A stretch of 12,820 bases of DNA. Source: a candidate division WOR-3 bacterium. Its GTDB lineage: Bacteria > Hydrothermota > Hydrothermia > LBFQ01. The notes under the pieces are model-generated. The model did no database searches. It was not told the origin of the DNA and saw only the letters and a list, made by a program, of their open reading frames with translations. How positions within the stretch are numbered: position 1 is the first letter of the stretch; every line of letters begins with the position of its first letter. The stretch covers positions 1 to 12,820 of the forward strand of contig JALUCS010000071.1 in the NCBI GenBank assembly GCA_027050205.1, written 5' to 3'. The position numbers and the translations under genes are program-made. Below, in pieces: positions 7,966-12,820 of this stretch.

Positions 7966-8393
7966 GCGGGTGGCCGGTGGTCGCCTCCGCTTCGGCGGGG
8001 GAGGAAAGTCCGGGCTCCAAAGGGCAGGGTGCCGGGTAACACCCGGGGTGGGGAGGTCATCCCCACACGGCAGGGCCACAGAAACAAGACCGCCGATCCG
8101 CCTTCCCCTCTTGGGGAAGGGTCAAGGAGGCAAGGGTGAAAGGGTAGGGTAAGAGCCTACCGGCTCCGCAGTAATGCGGAGTGAGGGGGTGAGAGGCCCC
8201 CGGCTGGCCCGTAGGGCCGGCTCTGGCGACCGCCCCCCGGAGCAAGGCCAAATAAGGCGCGAAGGACCCCCTTGGGTCCGGGGTGTGGCCCGCACCCCTT
8301 GAGCGCCGGGTAGGCCGCGGCGGATCCCATCGGGCAACCGGTGGGACCAGATAGATGACCACCGAGTACAGAACCCGGCTTATGGCCACCCGC
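7966..8393 (+). ncRNA. rnpB: RNase P RNA, bacterial type A (~428 nt)
   Basis: Universal motifs GAGGAAAGTCC (8001-8011) and ACAGAACCCGGCTTAT (8368-8383) are present. P1 is GCGGGTGGCC (7966-7975) pairing with GGCCACCCGC (8384-8393). Also visible are P13 GGTAG-GGTAAGAGC-CTACC, P14, GGAGCAAGGCCAAATA and L15 GGGTAGG. Confidence 0.97.
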
Positions 8394-8400
8394 TTTTTTT
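8394..8400 (+). terminator. T7 tract immediately 3' of rnpB P1 (possible termination signal)
   Basis: TTTTTTT directly follows GGCCACCCGC, with no separate local hairpin. Confidence 0.45.
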
Positions 8401-8408
8401 GTACCTCC

Positions 8409-10409
8409 CTACCTCACTAAGACCTTCCTAAGACGCTTACCCTCCTTTACGAAGTATATGCCCCTCTTGGTGGGTCCGGCTACCCTCCTGCCATCCACCG
8501 TATAGTAGATGGGAGCGGCGGGCGTGTAAGTGCCGGTCTCGGAGGCGGAGGTGGGATCGTCCCAAGAGAGGGCGCAGGATAGGGCTGTCCACTCAACGTT
8601 GAGGTCGGTCGGGGTATCCCTATACACCCACATAGCCCCGAACCACCACGGGGAGTAGGCGGAGGAACTCCTCCTGAAGGTGGTACCGTGTACGTTCCAC
8701 CAGTAGGGGTAGTAGCCGCCGAGGGCGTATGCGGGAGGGGGGTCTATGGCTATGGTATCGGCCTCATCGGAGCCGCAGGCTTCGTTCCTCCATGTGGTAG
8801 GGCTGGACCAAGGGGCCTTGAGGACGGCCAAGCGGTAGGTGTTGTTATACACCGAGGGAGGCTCGTTGCAGAGGGGGCCGTCGTAGGTGTTGGGACACTT
8901 GTGGAAGAAGGAGGTATGGAAGGAGTTGGCAGAGGAGGTTATGGCACCCGGACAGTGCTGCCAGCGGGCGTCGGTATGAACCGTTGGGGACCGGCTGTCC
9001 ACGGAGGAGGCCTCTACGTCAAAGACGGCGCTCCAGGACGAGGGAGGGTAGGAGGGGGCGTATATGCCCTTTATATCGCCGTCGGTCGGGGAGTTCTGGC
9101 TTTCAAAGAGTATCAGGTGGGTCATAGTGGAGGTGTTCAGGCTCCTTGCTATGGAGAGCCAGGGCTGGCTTATGGGGTGGGGGTAACCCGAAAGGGCGTC
9201 GGACTCGTACCACACATCGCCCCAGAAACCGGTATGGTCCGAGTAGAGGTACCTTATACGGTTGTCCGTAGGGGATAGGGAATAGGCATACACCACGTGG
9301 AGGGTGTTATCTCCGCCGTTGGAGCTGGCGCACACCGAGGAGGAGTTGGTCGGGTCGTTGGAGGTCTCCATCATACCTTGGTTGTCGTCGTAAGCCGACC
9401 CGTTGTGCGTTGGCCCGTCATACACCAACTCCCACGTTGAGCCGCAGTCCTGCGTCCGGTATATCCTTATTCCGCCCGCGTCGTCCTCCCCGTTCCCGTT
9501 GGCATCCGTAGCCCTCTTCTTCGTCACCACCACGAAGTACCAGTTGTCTATGGCGGTGCAGGTGCATACGCTGGGGGAGGTGCCGGGGGAACAGGAGTAA
9601 TCCCCCCAGTTGAACTCCGCCCCTACGAAGGTGGAAGAGAACTCCTTTACGGGGGAACAGGAGGAGGAGGGGCTGTCCAGTATCCTCTCGCCGGAGTTGT
9701 CGGTGGGGTCGTTGTAATTCCAGAAGACCAGAGCAGCGGGGCGTCGGAGCCCGGTAAAGGAACCACAGGTGCCGTCTTTACGCATGTAAGCCAGGACCAC
9801 GGCCCTCCTGTAGGGGTCCACGCCCAGGGAGGGTTCGGTCAGCTCCACGGAGGGGTTCTCCACTACCGCCCATACTCCCCAGGATAGGCCGGCGTCAGCC
9901 GTCTTGAACACCACAACGCAGCCGTGCGTAGTTGACCCTCCGTAGGCACTGCAGTCCTCAACGGAGACCGCCGCGAAGAGGGTGTCGTTGTCCCCAACCT
10001 GTACTATGCTCGGGTCCCCCTCGTTGGACGGGGACGTGGCCAGATCGGAGGTTATCCACCTTACGCCGTCAAGCAGCCTGAAACCTCCGTCTATAGGCTT
10101 TGATCCACCCTTTGGGACCAGTACCCGTGATGGGACCCCTTTTGTACTCCCTTGGGATTTTAGGGCGTCGGCCAACCTCTTGGCTTGGAGGACGAATGTA
10201 CGGTACTCCTCCGCCCTCTTACTCTCCTTCATCTCCCTTACCTTTACGTTCAGGGGATGCTCGTCGGGGCAGGATAGACCTACCACCTCCGCCCTAAGGC
10301 AGAGGGCGGCCCTCTCCAGCCTCCGATACCTCCCGTTCAGTACGCCCCTCGCTTCCATCCAGAGGCTGTCCAACCTCCCCATTCCGAAGGTTGCCATTGC
10401 CAACCACAT
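8409..10409 (-). CDS. Cys-rich secreted protein with BNR/Asp-box-like motifs and a T9SS-like C-terminal tail
   Basis: The likely start is ATG 10409 (MWLAMATFG), 11 nt after TAAAAT. The upstream ORF extension lies in AT-rich spacer DNA. Asp-box-like motifs FKTADAGLSW and YRTQDCGSTW, 16 Cys, and tail YYTVDGRRV..RGIYFV..RKVLVR*. Confidence 0.8.
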   Translation of the reverse strand: MWLAMATFGMGRLDSLWMEARGVLNGRYRRLERAALCLRAEVVGLSCPDEHPLNVKVREMKESKRAEEYRTFVLQAKRLADALKSQGSTKGVPSRVLVPKGGSKPIDGGFRLLDGVRWITSDLATSPSNEGDPSIVQVGDNDTLFAAVSVEDCSAYGGSTTHGCVVVFKTADAGLSWGVWAVVENPSVELTEPSLGVDPYRRAVVLAYMRKDGTCGSFTGLRRPAALVFWNYNDPTDNSGERILDSPSSSCSPVKEFSSTFVGAEFNWGDYSCSPGTSPSVCTCTAIDNWYFVVVTKKRATDANGNGEDDAGGIRIYRTQDCGSTWELVYDGPTHNGSAYDDNQGMMETSNDPTNSSSVCASSNGGDNTLHVVYAYSLSPTDNRIRYLYSDHTGFWGDVWYESDALSGYPHPISQPWLSIARSLNTSTMTHLILFESQNSPTDGDIKGIYAPSYPPSSWSAVFDVEASSVDSRSPTVHTDARWQHCPGAITSSANSFHTSFFHKCPNTYDGPLCNEPPSVYNNTYRLAVLKAPWSSPTTWRNEACGSDEADTIAIDPPPAYALGGYYPYWWNVHGTTFRRSSSAYSPWWFGAMWVYRDTPTDLNVEWTALSCALSWDDPTSASETGTYTPAAPIYYTVDGRRVAGPTKRGIYFVKEGKRLRKVLVR

Positions 10410-10420
10410 ATCCGATGGCG

Positions 10421-10426
10421 ATTTTA
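10421..10426 (-). promoter_or_regulatory. -10 element TAAAAT, 11 nt before ATG 10409
   Basis: The minus strand reads TAAAAT-cgccatcggat-ATG. Confidence 0.5.
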
Positions 10427-11238
10427 AGGCCGCCCTTGTGTGGATTTTCCGATGTTTGTTTGAACTTCGCCAACATTTGCGATATATTAGGTTCATACCA
10501 AGATTTCTCCTATTTTTCTGCAGGTTATAATAATATAATACGAAAATTGTGTAAAAATATAGCACAAAACGAAATCAATCCATATCAAAAACATGTCAAA
10601 AATCTACCTTGACTCTCCCGGATACTTCGTCCGAATTTTGGGTTCATATCTAGTCTAATCAAGATTTCCGGAATAATTTACGATACATTACAATTTATCG
10701 CACGAAAGTTGGTACTTATCGGATAGATGGGATGTGGTTTCCGGAAAGTCGTTGAGGCGAATCCGAACCCTCCAATTGGATCCCCGGTGGGTTATCTCGC
10801 CGCCGGTGAGATTTCAAAAATTGTGGCGATTATCTGCGGTATTAGGAAATTTGCCACATTTATGATTCTTTTGATAAACGGTTATTGTTTTACAGCCCTC
10901 TCAAACAAATTTTTCAATTTCCAAATATTAGAATTTAATGTGGATTTTCGGGAGTTTGATGGCATAACTGCACATTTTCGCCATTTTCCCGTAGCCCGAA
11001 GATTCGGAAACCCTATAGAACCTAGGGCGGACGGTGGATAGGTATCCCTACAGTCGTGCGGATCCCGAACCCCGTTTTGATAATCCAAATCCACCTCAAG
11101 TGCGGTAATGCCGATCGTGGTCCATCCGGTGAAGGGAGACCTCTATGGTACCGTTTCCACCTAAACGATCGTCCGAATTAACGCCCGATTTCGGCATACG
11201 CTCCCGCTTCCGCTCGCCCTTTGCACCGCTTACGGAAG
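10427..11238. other. Long AT-rich non-coding spacer B (divergent region)
   Basis: No credible ORF. The core 10501-10560 has 13/60 G+C. Confidence 0.6.
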
Positions 11239-11244
11239 TAAAAT
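11239..11244 (+). promoter_or_regulatory. -10 element TAAAAT, 8 nt before the rocA ATG
   Basis: TAAAAT-agcaccct-ATG. Confidence 0.6.
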
Positions 11245-11252
11245 AGCACCCT

Positions 11253-12820
11253 ATGAGGCCGTTCAGACCGGAACCCATAACGGACTTCAGCAAGGAGGAG
11301 AACCGTCAGGCCCTTTTGAAAGAGCTGGCGAAGGTAAAGGAGAACCTCGGTAAGAAGTACCCCCTCATCATAGGGGGACGGGAGATATACACCGATAACA
11401 CCTTCCGGTCCATCAACCCCGCCCATACGGATCAGGTGATAGGCGAGTTCTCGGTGGCCACCCAGGAGCATGCCGATCAGGCCATAGAGGAGGCCTGGAA
11501 GGCCTTCAAGTGGTGGAGCCGTTTCCCCACCGAGGAGAGGGCAGCCTTCCTTTTCAGGGCGGCCGAGGTCCTGCGTCGCCGCAGGCACGAGTTTACGGCG
11601 TGGATGGTCCACGAGGTGGGTAAGAACTGGCTTGAGGCGGACGCCGACGTTGCCGAGGCCATAGACTACCTTGACTACTACGCCCACCAGATGCTCAAGT
11701 TCGCCCAGAGGCAGGAGCTGGCGTGGATATACGGGGAGAACAACGAGTACTTCTACATCCCCCTTGGGGTCGTGGTCGTCATACCTCCGTGGAACTTCCC
11801 CCTAGCCATACTCCTCGGTATGACCATGGCCGCCGTGGTGACGGGCAACACGGTGGTGCTGAAACCGGCCAGCGACGCCCCCATGATGGGCTACCTCTTT
11901 ATGGACCTGATGCGGGAGGCCGGACTCCCCGACGGTGTAATAAACTACCTGACGGGTCCCGGCGGCACCCTCGGTGGGTACCTCGTCAAGCATCCTAAGG
12001 TCCGTATGATAGCCTTCACCGGGTCCATGGCGGTCGGTACGTGGATCTACGAGGAGGCCGCCAAGATCAGGCCCGGCCAGAAGTGGCTCAAGCGGGTGAT
12101 AGCCGAGATGGGCGGTAAGGATCCCATAATTGTGGATAGGGACATAGACGAGAAGGACCTTGATTACATAGCCCACCAGGTAATCCTCGCCGCTTACGGC
12201 TTTCAGGGGCAGAAGTGTTCTGCCGCCAGCCGTCTCATCATAGACGAGGCCGTCTACGACAAGGTGTTGGAGGCCGTGGTGGAGAAGGCCAAGCAGATAG
12301 AGGTCGGTGACCCCGTTGAGGACAAGTTCATGGGTCCCGTAATAAACGAGGCCGCCCTCAACAAGATCCTCCGCTACATAGAGATAGGCAAAGGGGAGGG
12401 CAAGCTTTTGGTCGGCGGTGAGAGGCTGACGGGAGGCCTCTACGACGAGGGCTACTACGTTGCCCCTACGATCTTTGCGGACGTGGACCCCAAGGCCAAG
12501 ATAGCCCAGGAGGAGATCTTCGGCCCCGTCCTCGCCGTCATAAAGGCGAGGGACTTTGACCACGCCCTTGAGATAGCCAACGACACCATCTACGGCCTCA
12601 CTGGGGCGCTCTTCACGAAGAACCGCGAGAAGATAGCCCGCGCCAAGTACGAGTTCCACGTGGGCAACCTGTATATAAACCGCAAGTGTACCGGCGCCGT
12701 CGTCGGTGTCCATCCCTTCGGCGGCTTCAACATGTCCGGAACGGACGCCAAGGCCGGAGGTCCCGACTACCTCTTGTACTTCCTCCAGGGCAAGAGCGTT
12801 TCCGAGAAGCTCAACTGGTA
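11253..12820 (+). CDS. rocA: L-glutamate gamma-semialdehyde (1-pyrroline-5-carboxylate) dehydrogenase, RocA/PruA type
   Basis: Missing from the ORF track because the final codon is cut at the window edge (...[11 protein letters not shown]). Manual translation gives [66 protein letters not shown] and [21 protein letters not shown]. Confidence 0.95.
   Translation, partial: MRPFRPEPITDFSKEENRQALLKELAKVKENLGKKYPLIIGGREIYTDNTFRSINPAHTDQVIGEFSVATQEHADQAIEEAWKAFKWWSRFPTEERAAFLFRAAEVLRRRRHEFTAWMVHEVGKNWLEADADVAEAIDYLDYYAHQMLKFAQRQELAWIYGENNEYFYIPLGVVVVIPPWNFPLAILLGMTMAAVVTGNTVVLKPASDAPMMGYLFMDLMREAGLPDGVINYLTGPGGTLGGYLVKHPKVRMIAFTGSMAVGTWIYEEAAKIRPGQKWLKRVIAEMGGKDPIIVDRDIDEKDLDYIAHQVILAAYGFQGQKCSAASRLIIDEAVYDKVLEAVVEKAKQIEVGDPVEDKFMGPVINEAALNKILRYIEIGKGEGKLLVGGERLTGGLYDEGYYVAPTIFADVDPKAKIAQEEIFGPVLAVIKARDFDHALEIANDTIYGLTGALFTKNREKIARAKYEFHVGNLYINRKCTGAVVGVHPFGGFNMSGTDAKAGGPDYLLYFLQGKSVSEKLNW

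Noticed and set aside
7970..8389. ORFs overlapping 7970-8389
   Set aside because: The region is the RNase P RNA gene.
5532..10556. Possible oriC in the AT-rich spacers (TTTTCCACA at 5532-5540, TGTGTAAAA at 10548-10556; jag is often origin-proximal)
   Set aside because: I found only one consensus-compatible DnaA box per spacer, no cluster of boxes and no dnaA/dnaN/mnmE in the window. GC-skew or Ori-Finder analysis would be needed.
10410..10565. N-terminal 52 aa of the 718-aa ORF
   Set aside because: It lies in AT-rich spacer DNA with atypical composition. ATG 10409 follows TAAAAT and begins a hydrophobic leader.
10547..10567. Rex operator
   Set aside because: The TTGTG...CACAA spacing is 11 nt rather than the 8 nt of TTGTGAA-N4-TTCACAA.
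5489..11252. CRISPR array, IS/MITE ends or DGR template repeat in the spacers
   Set aside because: No regularly spaced direct repeats, terminal inverted repeats with target duplications, or long near-identical segments were found by eye, and there is no cas, transposase or RT gene.
10391..11293. Small ORFs in spacer B (65-104 aa)
   Set aside because: They overlap each other on both strands, show no protein-family features and are likely chance ORFs.
2..12713. Long antisense or alternate-frame ORFs (e.g. 2820..3500, 7038..8087, 8688..9278, 11802..12713)
   Set aside because: They are shadow ORFs of high-GC3 genes that have clear family assignments on the other strand or frame.

Overview
GC-rich bacterial chromosomal window with frequent AGG/ATA codons, which suggests a thermophile. 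The T9SS-like C-terminal tails point to an FCB-related lineage such as WOR-3 (inference only). Left to right it holds: a minus-strand jag(khpB/eloR)–OPT transporter–hutH run; two divergent beta-propeller genes; an ~830-bp AT-rich spacer; a secreted OB-fold/adhesin-like protein; the RNase P RNA (rnpB); a convergent Cys-rich secreted Asp-box protein; a second ~840-bp AT-rich spacer; and P5C dehydrogenase (rocA/pruA), which reaches the right edge. No CRISPR array, transposase, tRNA or rRNA is visible. The most striking pattern is a TANAAT-type -10 hexamer (TATTAT for jag) 6-11 nt before 7 of 8 start codons and 7 nt before the 5' end of rnpB, with no Shine-Dalgarno, implying pervasive leaderless transcription. 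Other points of interest are ultrashort N-terminal export-like leaders, progressively minimised T9SS-like tails, extra helices in rnpB and a Jag lacking its R3H motif. I see no clear self-contained novel system such as a defence island or array.
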